Below, piece after piece: positions 17,833-27,034 of a DNA stretch of 64,000 nucleotides. Source of the stretch: Burkholderiales bacterium (GTDB taxonomy: Bacteria; Pseudomonadota; Gammaproteobacteria; Burkholderiales; SG8-41). The stretch covers positions 53,735-117,734 of the forward strand of contig JAHCAG010000009.1 of the NCBI GenBank assembly GCA_019635015.1. Direction: 5' to 3'. The position numbers and the translations under genes were made by a program. The notes under the pieces were generated by a model, which was not told the DNA's origin, searched no databases, and saw only the letters and a program-made list of their open reading frames with translations. Positions within the stretch are counted from its first letter, which is position 1, and each line of letters opens with the position of its first letter.

Positions 17833-18642
17833 TCAGCGGATTTCCATGCCGTTGGCGATCTGCCGTTCGATCAGCCGCGCTTCATTGCGCAGCAGCGTCG
17901 CCAGCTCCTGCACCCGGCGGTCGGCCATGCGGCTGGAAATCGCCGAAATCGACAGCGAGGCAAAGGGGACGCCACTCTGGTTGCGCAGCACGTGGCCGAT
18001 GGAACGCACGCCCGCGAGCGTCGGCGTCTCGCGCACCGCGTAGCCAAGCTTCTGCGCCTTGCGTGCCTGCGACAGCAGCGACGGCCCGTTGAGGCCGTGC
18101 TCGGGCAGCCGCGGTTCGTTGCTGGCGATGATGCTGCGGAATTCCTCCTCGGGCAGCGCCGAGAGGATGGCCAGGCTGCCGGTACCGACACCCAGCGGCC
18201 GGCGTATGCCGACTTCCAGGGTGAAGGTCTTGATCGGAAAGGTGCCTTCGCGGCGATCAATGCAGACGGCATCGAGGCCGCTCCTCTGGGTCAGGAACAC
18301 CGTGTCGCCGGTGGCTTCGGCGATGCGCGACATCGCCGGATGGCAGATTTCGCGCAGGTTGAAGCGCGGCGCCGCGGTCAGGCCGAGTTCGAATGCCATC
18401 GGGCCGAGGAAATAACGGTGGGTTTCGGAGTCCTGCTGGACCATGCCCTCGTGGGCGAGGCACTTCAGCATGCGGTGCACCGTCGGGCGCTGCAGGCTGG
18501 TGCGCGTGGCGAGGTCGAGCAGGCGGGAGCCGGAACGGTTGTGCGCGGCGATTTCCCGGAGCAGGAGCAGCGCGCGTTCGATGCTTTGGGTGCCGGTCAG
18601 GCGGCCCTGATTGTCGTCGTCGGGGTTTTTCGCGGGTGCCAT
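17833..18642 (-). CDS. IclR-family transcriptional regulator
   Basis: N-terminal wHTH (SIERALLLLREIAAHNRSGSRLLDLATRTSLQRPTVHRMLKCL) plus a C-terminal IclR effector domain. First gene of the minus-strand catabolic locus, divergent from prpB. Confidence 0.9.
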   Translation of the reverse strand: MAPAKNPDDDNQGRLTGTQSIERALLLLREIAAHNRSGSRLLDLATRTSLQRPTVHRMLKCLAHEGMVQQDSETHRYFLGPMAFELGLTAAPRFNLREICHPAMSRIAEATGDTVFLTQRSGLDAVCIDRREGTFPIKTFTLEVGIRRPLGVGTGSLAILSALPEEEFRSIIASNEPRLPEHGLNGPSLLSQARKAQKLGYAVRETPTLAGVRSIGHVLRNQSGVPFASLSISAISSRMADRRVQELATLLRNEARLIERQIANGMEIR

Positions 18643-18863
18643 AAGCTTAGTCCGAATCGTGAGACTGGGGAGCCGGGATTATGCCACCGTGTCCGCTCTG
18701 GCGGAATAGCTGTCCCTGTGGTATCTTTTTTGCAGCTGTTTTTGAATAAAAAATCCGATTCGTCCAGATTCCGGACGGCCGCCCGGGCGGCCATCCGGGC
18801 TTTCGGGCGTTCGCATGCCGGCAACGCCCGCGCTGCCGCCGCCTTTCCGACAGGAGTTCTGCC

Positions 18864-19748
18864 ATGACCGTTTCCCTGACCCCGGGCGCGAAATTCCGCG
18901 CCGCGGTTGCCGCCGAAAAGCCGCTGCAGATCGTCGGTGCCATCAATGCCTACCATGCCCGGCTTGCCCAGCGCAGCGGTTTCAAGGCGATCTACCTGTC
19001 GGGCGGTGGTGTGGCCGCCGGTTCGCTGGGCGTGCCCGATCTCGCGATCAGCACGCTCGATGACGTGCTGACCGACGTGCGCCGCATCACCGATGTCTGC
19101 GACCTGCCGCTGCTGGTCGACGTCGATACCGGCTTCGGCGGCGCCTTCAACATTGCGCGCACCGTGAAGTCGCTGATCAAGTTCGGCGCCGCGGCGATGC
19201 ACATCGAAGACCAGGTGATGCAGAAGCGCTGCGGCCACCGTCCGAACAAGGAAATCGTCAGCAAGGAGGAAATGGTCGATCGCATCAAGGCATCGGCCGA
19301 TGCCAAGACCGACGCCAACTTTGTCATCATCGCGCGCACAGATTCGCTGGCAGTGGAGGGGTTGGACGCTGCGGTCGAACGCGCGGTGGCCTGCGTCGAG
19401 GCCGGCGCCGACATGATTTTTCCGGAGGCGATCACCGAGCTGTCGGAGTACAAAAAATTCGCCGATGCGGTGAAGGTGCCGATCCTCGCCAACATCACCG
19501 AGTTCGGCAAGACGCCGCTGTTCACGACCCAGGAACTCGCCGGCGCCAACGTCGCGATGGCGCTGTATCCGCTGTCGGCCTGGCGCGCGGCCAATGCCGC
19601 GGCGCTGAAGGTCTACCAGAGCATCCGCAAGGAAGGGCACCAGAAAAACGTGGTTGACCTGATGCAGTCGCGCGACGACCTCTACGACTATCTCGACTAC
19701 CACTCGTACGAGCAGAAACTCGACGCGCTGTTCAAGCGCGACAAGTAA
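18864..19748 (+). CDS. prpB: 2-methylisocitrate lyase
   Basis: Near-collinear similarity, from memory, to E. coli PrpB: [80 protein letters not shown]. Confidence 0.85.
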   Translation: MTVSLTPGAKFRAAVAAEKPLQIVGAINAYHARLAQRSGFKAIYLSGGGVAAGSLGVPDLAISTLDDVLTDVRRITDVCDLPLLVDVDTGFGGAFNIARTVKSLIKFGAAAMHIEDQVMQKRCGHRPNKEIVSKEEMVDRIKASADAKTDANFVIIARTDSLAVEGLDAAVERAVACVEAGADMIFPEAITELSEYKKFADAVKVPILANITEFGKTPLFTTQELAGANVAMALYPLSAWRAANAAALKVYQSIRKEGHQKNVVDLMQSRDDLYDYLDYHSYEQKLDALFKRDK

Positions 19749-19791
19749 TTACGGGCTTCATCAACACCTTTTTTGCGGGGAGCATCAGGCA

Positions 19792-20784
19792 ATGACCGGT
19801 ATCTTGCTGTCCAGGGGGTTCGTGGCGCAGTTCGGCGAACAGTTGCAGGCTGCGGCAAAGGCCGCCGGCGTCACGCCGCAGATCGTTCATCTGCCCGATG
19901 ACGCGGCACAGCGCCTGCCGGCGGAGACGCTGGCGAAGATCGAGGCCGCTTACCTGACGCGCGACATCCGTTTTTCAGATCATTACCTCAGTTTCGGCGA
20001 CGCGATGAAGGCGGCCCCGAAGCTGAAGTGGGTGCATTTCACCAGCACCGGCATTGACCAGCATCCCTTCCTGCCGGCGCTGCACGAGCGCAAGGTGCGG
20101 CTGACGACCTCCGCCGGAACCAACGGCGAACCGGTCGGGCAGACGGCGGTATGCGGCCTGCTGATGCTGGCGCGCGGATTCCCGCGCTGGATTGCCGCCC
20201 AGCGCGAGCGCAAATGGGATCCTGTGCGCGGTGCCGCCGTGCCGCGCGACCTGCGCGGCCAGACGGTGATCGTTGTCGGCCTCGGCACCATCGGCGCGAC
20301 GGTGGCAAAAATGTGCCAGGCGCTGGAAATGAAGGTCATCGGCCTGCGCCGCAGCCCGAAACGCGACGACGACCCGGTGGACGAGATGCACACGCTGGAC
20401 AAGCTGCCGGCCCTGCTGCCGTCCTGCGACTGGCTGGTGCTGGCCTGCCCGTACACGAAGGAAACCCATCAGCTGGTCAATGCGAAGACACTGGCGCTGA
20501 TGCCGAAACACGCCCACCTCATCAACGTCGCCCGCGGCGCCGTGTGCGAGGAAAAGGCGCTGATCGCCGCGCTGCAGTCGAAGCAGATCGCCGGCGCCTA
20601 CCTCGATGTGTTCGAGAAGGAGCCGCTGCCGGCCGATTCGCCGCTGTGGGACATTCCGAATGTCATCGTGTCGCCGCACAATGCCTCGGCCTCCGCCGGC
20701 AACGACAACCGCGCCGCCGCGATATTCACGGAAAATCTCAAGCTCTACGCGGCCGGCAAGCCGATGGTCAACGAACAGGGCTGA
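19792..20784 (+). CDS. D-isomer-specific 2-hydroxyacid dehydrogenase family protein (NAD-binding)
   Basis: VIVVGLGTIGATVAKM Rossmann motif; LINVARGAVCEEKALIAAL and SPHNASAS motifs of the family. Confidence 0.85.
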   Translation: MTGILLSRGFVAQFGEQLQAAAKAAGVTPQIVHLPDDAAQRLPAETLAKIEAAYLTRDIRFSDHYLSFGDAMKAAPKLKWVHFTSTGIDQHPFLPALHERKVRLTTSAGTNGEPVGQTAVCGLLMLARGFPRWIAAQRERKWDPVRGAAVPRDLRGQTVIVVGLGTIGATVAKMCQALEMKVIGLRRSPKRDDDPVDEMHTLDKLPALLPSCDWLVLACPYTKETHQLVNAKTLALMPKHAHLINVARGAVCEEKALIAALQSKQIAGAYLDVFEKEPLPADSPLWDIPNVIVSPHNASASAGNDNRAAAIFTENLKLYAAGKPMVNEQG

Positions 20785-20790
20785 ACGGAC

Positions 20791-20961
20791 GTGAAGAAGT
20801 GGCAGTGCATCCTCTGCAACTTCATCTATGACGAAGCCGCCGGTCTGCCTGACGAGGGCATCCCGCCGGGCACGCGCTGGGAAGACGTGCCCGCCGACTG
20901 GACCTGCCCCTACTGCGGGGCGACCAAGGCGGACTTCGACATGATCGCGATTTCGGGTTGA
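20791..20961 (+). CDS. rubredoxin (56 aa, absent from the supplied ORF track)
   Basis: Hand translation from the GTG at 20791: VKKWQCILCNFIYDEAAGLPDEGIPPGTRWEDVPADWTCPYCGATKADFDMIAISG*. Contains both CxxC knuckles (CILC, CPYCG) and the conserved W/F/Y positions of rubredoxins. Confidence 0.85.
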   Translation: MKKWQCILCNFIYDEAAGLPDEGIPPGTRWEDVPADWTCPYCGATKADFDMIAISG

Positions 20962-20972
20962 GCGTCTGTCGC

Positions 20973-21740
20973 TCAGTCGCGGAAGCGTTCCAGCTTCGCT
21001 TTCCAGGTGTCCGACAGCATGCAGGGCAGCCAGGCCTCGTTTTCGGCCTGCAGTCCGCCTGAGAGCATGGTTTCCTGCGAGGCGTTGAGCGCGACCTTTG
21101 CCTGGATTACCGCAATGCGCGGATTTTTCGCGATGGCCTGCGCCAGTTCCATCGCTGCCGGCATCAGCTGTTCGCGCGTGACCACGCGCAGCACGATGCC
21201 CAGGCGTTCGGCTTCCGCGGCATCGATGTGGCGCCCGGTCAGGATCATTTCCTTGGCTTTCTGCAGCCCGATCAGGCGCGGCAGGCGCTGGGTGCCGCCG
21301 CCGCCCGGCAGGAAGCCCAGCGTCACCTCGGGCAGGCCGAAGCGGGCGTTGTCGGAGGCGATGCGCAGGTCGCACTGCAGCGCCACTTCGAGTCCGCCGC
21401 CGAGGCAGTAGCCATTGATCGCGGCGATGGTCGGCTTGGCGATGTTGGCAATCACGCTGATCCACCGGCCGCGGAAAAAGCGCCGCTCGTCGTACATCGC
21501 TTCCGTCGTGCGCTGGCCGCGCTCCTTGAGGTCGGCGCCGGCACAGAAGGCGCGGTCGCCTGCTCCGGTGAACACGATGACGCCGACATCCGGGTCGGCG
21601 TCGAGCCCGGTGCACAGCGCCATGATTTCCTCGCGCAGTTGCAGGTTCAGCGCATTCATGACCTGCGGGCGATTGAGGGTGACGACGGCAACGCCGTGGT
21701 CGATGCTGACGGTCAGGACATCACTGCTTCTGCTGGACAT
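20973..21740 (-). CDS. enoyl-CoA hydratase/isomerase (crotonase) family protein
   Basis: VVTLNRPQVMNALN, FTGAGDRAFCAGADLKE and INGYCLGGGLEVAL crotonase motifs. Confidence 0.9.
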   Translation of the reverse strand: MSSRSSDVLTVSIDHGVAVVTLNRPQVMNALNLQLREEIMALCTGLDADPDVGVIVFTGAGDRAFCAGADLKERGQRTTEAMYDERRFFRGRWISVIANIAKPTIAAINGYCLGGGLEVALQCDLRIASDNARFGLPEVTLGFLPGGGGTQRLPRLIGLQKAKEMILTGRHIDAAEAERLGIVLRVVTREQLMPAAMELAQAIAKNPRIAVIQAKVALNASQETMLSGGLQAENEAWLPCMLSDTWKAKLERFRD

Positions 21741-21915
21741 GCGGGGCCTCGGTTTCCGGTGATGGTTTCGGGAAACCCCGGATTCTAAGGCTTGCGCCTG
21801 TGCCGCCGCCGCCGCGGGCCGCGCGGCGGCCTGCTCCGGGTGGCGACAGGTGGGCTAAGCGGTTAAAATGCAAGGCCTTTTTACGGTGCCAGTCGCCCCG
21901 TGCGACATCGCTGCC

Positions 21916-23169
21916 ATGCCGCTGTTTGCCTTCGGACTCAACCACCAGACCGCGCCGCTGGACGTGCGCGAGCAGGTGGTATTCCAGGCCGAGCAGCTGA
22001 CGCAGGCCCTGCGCGACCTGGTCGACCGCCGTCCGGTCAGTGAAGCGGCGATCATTTCCACCTGCAACCGCACCGAGGTCTACTGCTCGACCGCCGATCC
22101 GCGTTTCGCCATCGACTGGCTGGCGGATTACCACCGGCTGAAACCGGCGCAGATCCAGCCCTATCTCTACGAATTGCCGCAGGACCGCGCGGTGAAACAC
22201 GCTTTCCGTGTCGCCAGCGGACTTGATTCGATGGTGCTGGGCGAGCCGCAGATCCTCGGCCAGTTCAAGAGCGCGGTGCGTTCCGCGGAGGCCGCCGGCA
22301 CCCTGGGCTGGCTGCTCAACAAGCTGTTCCAGCGCACCTTCTCGGTCGCGAAGACCGTGCGCAGCGAAACCGAGATCGGCGCCAGCACGGTGTCGATGGC
22401 CGCCGCCGCGGTACGCCTGGCCGAGTGCATCTATCCGAGCATTGCCGGACAGAGCGTACTGTTTGTCGGCGCCGGCGAGATGATCGAACTGGCGGCCACG
22501 CATTTTGCGGCCCACCATCCGAAGCGGATGACTTTCGCCAACCGCACGACCGCGCGCGCGCAGCAGCTGGCCGACCGCTTTTTCGGCCACGTGATCCCGC
22601 TCAACGATATCGCGGCGCAACTGGCGCTGTACGACATCGTGATCTCCTGCACGGCAAGCCCGCTGCCGATCATCGGCAAGGGCCTGATGGAAAGCGCGCT
22701 GAAGGCGCGCAAGCACCGGCCGATGCTGATGTTCGACCTGGCCGTGCCGCGCGACATCGAGGCCGAGGTCGGCGAACTGGACGACGCCTTCCTCTACACC
22801 GTCGATGATCTCGGGCAGATCGCGCGCGAGGGCATGGACCAGCGCGGCAACGCGGTGGCGCAGGCCGAGGTGATCATCGAGAACCAGGTTTCGGATTTCA
22901 TGCACTGGCTCGACAACCGCGAGCTGGTGCCGACCATCCGCGCGCTGCGCGACACCGCGGAACGTGCGCGCCGGCACGAACTGGAGCGCGCGCAGCGGCG
23001 CATTGCACGCGGCGCCGATCCGCAGCAGGTGCTGGACGAACTGTCGCGGGCGCTGACCAACAAGTTCATGCATCCGCCGTCGCATGCGCTCAACCACGCG
23101 GCGCAGGACGAGCGTGACGAGCTGGCTGCGCTGATCGCGCGGCTCTACCAGATCCAGCGTCCGGAGTAG
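21916..23169 (+). CDS. hemA: glutamyl-tRNA reductase
   Basis: [19 protein letters not shown]..., STCNRTEVY active-site Cys motif and [13 protein letters not shown] site. Followed by prfA as in many proteobacteria. Confidence 0.95.
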   Translation: MPLFAFGLNHQTAPLDVREQVVFQAEQLTQALRDLVDRRPVSEAAIISTCNRTEVYCSTADPRFAIDWLADYHRLKPAQIQPYLYELPQDRAVKHAFRVASGLDSMVLGEPQILGQFKSAVRSAEAAGTLGWLLNKLFQRTFSVAKTVRSETEIGASTVSMAAAAVRLAECIYPSIAGQSVLFVGAGEMIELAATHFAAHHPKRMTFANRTTARAQQLADRFFGHVIPLNDIAAQLALYDIVISCTASPLPIIGKGLMESALKARKHRPMLMFDLAVPRDIEAEVGELDDAFLYTVDDLGQIAREGMDQRGNAVAQAEVIIENQVSDFMHWLDNRELVPTIRALRDTAERARRHELERAQRRIARGADPQQVLDELSRALTNKFMHPPSHALNHAAQDERDELAALIARLYQIQRPE

Positions 23170-23216
23170 GGGCCGCGGCCCGCGCCCCGCCGGCGCGGCC
23201 TGCACCATTTCCCGCC

Positions 23217-24305
23217 ATGAAACCCAGCATCGCCGCCAAACTCGATCAACTGTCCAATCGCCTGGAGGAGATCAATCGCCTGCTGGGCAGCGAGTCCGCG
23301 ACGGCCAGCATGGACAATTACCGCAAACTCACGCGGGAACATGCCGAGCTGGGTCCGGTGGTCGAGCTCTATCGCGCCTACCAGAGCAGCCATGCCGACC
23401 TCAAAACCGCGCAGGAGATGGTCAACGATCCGGCGATGCGTGAATTCGCCGAAGTTGAAGTCGCGGAAACCCGCGCGCGGCTGGAGGGTTACGAGGCGGA
23501 ACTGCAGAAACTGCTGCTGCCGAAGGATCCCAACGACGAGCGCAATATCTTCCTCGAGGTGCGCGCCGGCACCGGCGGCGACGAGTCGGCATTGTTTGCC
23601 GCGGAACTGTTCCGCATGTACGCGCGTTACGCCGAGCGCAAGCGCTGGCAGGTCGAAATCATTTCTGAAAGTCCGTCGGACCTCGGCGGTTACCGCGAGA
23701 TCATTGCCCGCATCATCGGCCACGGCGCCTATTCGAAACTGAAATTCGAATCCGGCGGCCACCGCGTGCAGCGCGTGCCGGTGACCGAAACCCAGGGCCG
23801 CATCCACACCTCGGCCTGCACGGTGGCGGTGATGCCGGAGGCGGACGAGGTGGCCGAGGTCGTGCTCAATCCGGCGGAGCTGCGCATCGACACCTTCCGC
23901 GCCTCGGGTGCCGGCGGCCAGCATGTCAACAAGACCGATTCGGCGATCCGCATCACCCACCTGCCGACGGGGCTGGTGGTCGAATGCCAGGACGACCGCT
24001 CGCAGCACAAGAACAAGGCGCGCGCGCTGGCGGTGCTGGCGGCGCGGCTGAAGGACAAGCAGACCCGCGAACAGCAGTCGAAGGAAGCGGCGACGCGCAA
24101 ATCGCTGATCGGCAGCGGCGACCGCTCCGAACGCATCCGCACCTACAACTTCCCGCAGGGCCGCGTCACCGACCACCGCATCAACCTGACGCTGTACAAG
24201 ATTGCGCAGATCATCGACGGCGATCTCGACGATCTGGTCGATGCGCTGGCATCGGAACACCAGGCGGAGCTGCTGGCGCAACTGGCCGAAGAGCAGGGTG
24301 TTTGA
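23217..24305 (+). CDS. prfA: peptide chain release factor 1
   Basis: GGQ motif ([21 protein letters not shown]) and overall RF1 layout. Confidence 0.95.
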   Translation: MKPSIAAKLDQLSNRLEEINRLLGSESATASMDNYRKLTREHAELGPVVELYRAYQSSHADLKTAQEMVNDPAMREFAEVEVAETRARLEGYEAELQKLLLPKDPNDERNIFLEVRAGTGGDESALFAAELFRMYARYAERKRWQVEIISESPSDLGGYREIIARIIGHGAYSKLKFESGGHRVQRVPVTETQGRIHTSACTVAVMPEADEVAEVVLNPAELRIDTFRASGAGGQHVNKTDSAIRITHLPTGLVVECQDDRSQHKNKARALAVLAARLKDKQTREQQSKEAATRKSLIGSGDRSERIRTYNFPQGRVTDHRINLTLYKIAQIIDGDLDDLVDALASEHQAELLAQLAEEQGV

Positions 24306-24334
24306 TAACCATTTGATTTTATTTATATTTTTAT
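24306..24334 (-). repeat. AT-rich IHF-consensus-like module, copy 3
   Basis: Minus strand reads ATAAAAATATAAATAAAATCAAATGGTTA. The core AATCAAATGGTTA is a perfect consensus match. Fills most of the 40-bp prfA-prmC spacer. Confidence 0.6.
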
Positions 24335-24345
24335 AACTTCCCCTG

Positions 24346-25179
24346 ATGTCCGGCGCACCAACCATCCGTGAGGCACTGGATGCTGCCCAGCAGGCCACCG
24401 GCCGCATCGAAGCGCGGGTGTTGTTGCGCGAGGTATTGAATCAATCCGATGCCTGGTTGCTGGCGCATGATGATGCACTGCTGACGGCTGAACAGGCGCA
24501 GCAGTACGTCGCACTGGTCGTGCGCCGCGTCGCCGGTGAACCCGTCGCCTATATCACCGGTCGCCGCGAGTTTTTTGGCCGCATGTTTGTCGTAAACCCA
24601 TCCGTATTGATCCCGCGCCCCGAAACCGAACTGCTGGTGGAACTGGCGCTGCAGCGTTTGCCCGCCGGCGCGCCGGCTCATGTGCTTGACCTCGGCACCG
24701 GCAGCGGCTGCATCGGCGTCACGATTGCTGCGGAACGACCGCAGGTGCAGGTGACGCTGGTTGATGCCTCAGTGGCCGCGCTGGACATTGCCCGCGCCAA
24801 TGCTGCGCAATGGGCTGCCGGCAACACCACGCTGTTGCACGGTGACTGGTATTCGGCAGTGGTTTCGGAACGCTACGATCTGATCGTGGCCAATCCGCCC
24901 TATGTCGCGGAGGCCGATGCGCATCTGCAGCAGGGGGATCTGCGGTTTGAACCGCGCAGCGCCCTGGCGGCTGGCGCCGATGGCCTGAATGATCTGCGCC
25001 GCATCATTGTTGAAGCGCCGCAGCATCTGCGGGCAGACGGCTGGCTGTTGCTGGAACACGGTTACGATCAGGCGACGGCCTGTGCAGAGTTGCTGGCAGC
25101 GTCAGGGTTGAAGGATATTTTTTCTGCGCCGGATCTGGCGGGGATGCCGCGCGTCAGCGGCGGATGCCTGCAGGGCTGA
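24346..25179 (+). CDS. prmC: release factor glutamine N5-methyltransferase
   Basis: LDLGTGSGCIG SAM motif and the NPPY motif (VANPPYV). Conserved position after prfA. Confidence 0.9.
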   Translation: MSGAPTIREALDAAQQATGRIEARVLLREVLNQSDAWLLAHDDALLTAEQAQQYVALVVRRVAGEPVAYITGRREFFGRMFVVNPSVLIPRPETELLVELALQRLPAGAPAHVLDLGTGSGCIGVTIAAERPQVQVTLVDASVAALDIARANAAQWAAGNTTLLHGDWYSAVVSERYDLIVANPPYVAEADAHLQQGDLRFEPRSALAAGADGLNDLRRIIVEAPQHLRADGWLLLEHGYDQATACAELLAASGLKDIFSAPDLAGMPRVSGGCLQG

Positions 25180-25180
25180 C

Positions 25181-25798
25181 ATGGACGACGATTTGGAAGC
25201 TGACTCCAGCGCCGGACAGCGGCGCAAAAAGGCGGCCTGGCTGCGCGCGGTGTACGAGCGCAATCTGGCGCAGTGTCGCGCCGCGGATACCGCGGATGCG
25301 CCGGCACTGGCGCGCAAGGCGCATACGGCGATGGATGCGCAACTGCAGCGCGACAGCGTGTCTGTCCCCGAGGGGAAACCGATCCGCTGCGGCAGGGGCT
25401 GCAGCCATTGCTGCCACGGGCCGGTGGAAATCTGGCCGCAGGAGGCCGCGCTGCTGGCGCAGTTTGTGCGCGATGCCGGCCTCAGGCCGGACCTTGCACG
25501 GCTGGAACGCCAGAGCCATTACACCGTCGAAACCTGGCGCGAACAGGCTGTCGCGGACCAGGCCTGCGTGTTTCTGGATCACGAAGGGGCATGCAGCGTG
25601 TATGCTGCGCGGCCCAATACCTGCCGCAAGCTGCTGGTCATGAGCGATCCCGCCTGTTGTGATGTGCAACAGGGCCGCACGGACGAGATCGACCGCTGGT
25701 TCAGCTGGGAAGCGGAAATGATGGAAGTGGCAGCGCTCGAAGTGTTCGGCATGGCCCTGCTTCCCCGTCTCCTGTTGCCGGCCTTGCAGCAGAAATGA
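25181..25798 (+). CDS. YkgJ-family cysteine-cluster (CxxCxxCC) protein
   Basis: CGRGCSHCCHGP and ACVFLDHEGACSVYAARPNTCR motifs. The ATG lies 1 nt after the prmC stop. Confidence 0.65.
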   Translation: MDDDLEADSSAGQRRKKAAWLRAVYERNLAQCRAADTADAPALARKAHTAMDAQLQRDSVSVPEGKPIRCGRGCSHCCHGPVEIWPQEAALLAQFVRDAGLRPDLARLERQSHYTVETWREQAVADQACVFLDHEGACSVYAARPNTCRKLLVMSDPACCDVQQGRTDEIDRWFSWEAEMMEVAALEVFGMALLPRLLLPALQQK

Positions 25799-25896
25799 GT
25801 GCCCGCGGCGTTGACCCTGTCTGCCGGCATCGGTAAACTTAAACCCGATGGTTTTTGTCAGGTAATTTTTGAAGCAGTCAATTTTTGGAGCAGCTC

Positions 25897-26205
25897 ATGT
25901 CCGTTCAAGATGAAATCAAAAAACAGGTGACCGGCAACAAGGTCGTGTTGTACATGAAAGGTTCGCCTGATTTCCCGCAGTGCGGTTTTTCGGCAAATGC
26001 GGTCAATATCCTGCGCGCCTGCGGTGTCAACGAAATGTTCACCGTCAACGTGCTTGAGAATCCGGAAATCCGCCAGGGCATCAAGCAGTACGCCAACTGG
26101 CCGACGATTCCGCAGCTGTACATCGATGGCGAGTTTGTCGGGGGCTCGGATATCGTGACCGAGCTTTACCAGAGCGGCGAGCTGCAGAAAATGCTGCAGC
26201 CCTGA
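25897..26205 (+). CDS. grxD: Grx4-family monothiol glutaredoxin
   Basis: VVLYMKGSPDFPQCGFS (CGFS active site) and WPTIPQLYIDGEFVGG. GGAG 7 nt upstream of the ATG at 25897. Confidence 0.9.
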   Translation: MSVQDEIKKQVTGNKVVLYMKGSPDFPQCGFSANAVNILRACGVNEMFTVNVLENPEIRQGIKQYANWPTIPQLYIDGEFVGGSDIVTELYQSGELQKMLQP

Positions 26206-26222
26206 ACGGGGTTCGCTGAATC

Positions 26223-26247
26223 AAAAGCCGGCGCAAGCCGGCTTTTT
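26223..26247. terminator. bidirectional rho-independent terminator between grxD and the tauE-like gene
   Basis: AAAAGCCGGC-GCAA-GCCGGCTTTTT: 6-bp GC stem flanked by an A-run and a T-run, between convergent genes. Confidence 0.7.
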
Positions 26248-27023
26248 CATGCCTGCAGCCAGCCCAGGACCACCTGCGTCAGCAGGATCAGCGCCATGGT
26301 CAGCAGCATGCGGCGCATCCAGATGCGGTAGGTGGGTCCGTCGATGCGGCTGCGCACTTTCGAGCCCTGCCAGCTGGCGAGGGTGGCCACCACGGCCAGC
26401 GGCAGTGTCAGCAGCCACTGTTCCAGGGTCGCGATGCCGCTCGGCGCGAGAGTCGCGAACTGCGTGGCCTTGCCGACAAAAAACGAAATGTTCATCGCCG
26501 GCACCAGCAGCAGCGGCTGCAGGCCGATGCCGAGGTAATAGATGATCAGCGGCGGGGCCGCGATGTTCGCCGTCGACTCGCTCAAACCGCCGAGAAAACC
26601 GAACAGCAGTCCGAAGGACTTCTCGTTGCGCTGCATCAGCGGCCACTGCGAGAGGCCCAGCCGTTCGAGGTTCAGGTAGAACAGGATCACGCCGGCGAGC
26701 AGCAGCGCGTAGGGAAAACCGGGAAACAGCACGAACAGTTTTGCGCCCGCGGCGGCGCCGAGCAGCGCGACGATGGAAATCCACCAGAAACGCTGCAGGA
26801 TGCCGGCGAAGCCGGGGCTGCGCAGGATGCTGACGATGACCGTGGCGATGCAGGGAAGCAGCACCATCACCACGGCGAACTGCATGTTTGTCGCGGCGGC
26901 AATCAGCGGCGTGGCGATCATCGGGAAACCGAGGCCCAGCGCGCCTTGTATCCAGCCGGCGACGGCGATGACGAGGGCGACGTACGCGATCAGCCAGGGC
27001 GACAGTGATTCGAGGCCGGCCAC
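26247..27023 (-). CDS. TauE/SafE-family (TSUP) sulfite/organosulfonate exporter-like membrane protein
   Basis: 258 aa, about 8 hydrophobic helices, duplicated halves with G-rich motifs typical of TSUP/TauE. 11 bp downstream of the FAD/Fe-S dehydrogenase gene on the same strand. Confidence 0.75.
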   Translation of the reverse strand: MAGLESLSPWLIAYVALVIAVAGWIQGALGLGFPMIATPLIAAATNMQFAVVMVLLPCIATVIVSILRSPGFAGILQRFWWISIVALLGAAAGAKLFVLFPGFPYALLLAGVILFYLNLERLGLSQWPLMQRNEKSFGLLFGFLGGLSESTANIAAPPLIIYYLGIGLQPLLLVPAMNISFFVGKATQFATLAPSGIATLEQWLLTLPLAVVATLASWQGSKVRSRIDGPTYRIWMRRMLLTMALILLTQVVLGWLQA

Positions 27024-27034
27024 GGAATCGGGAG

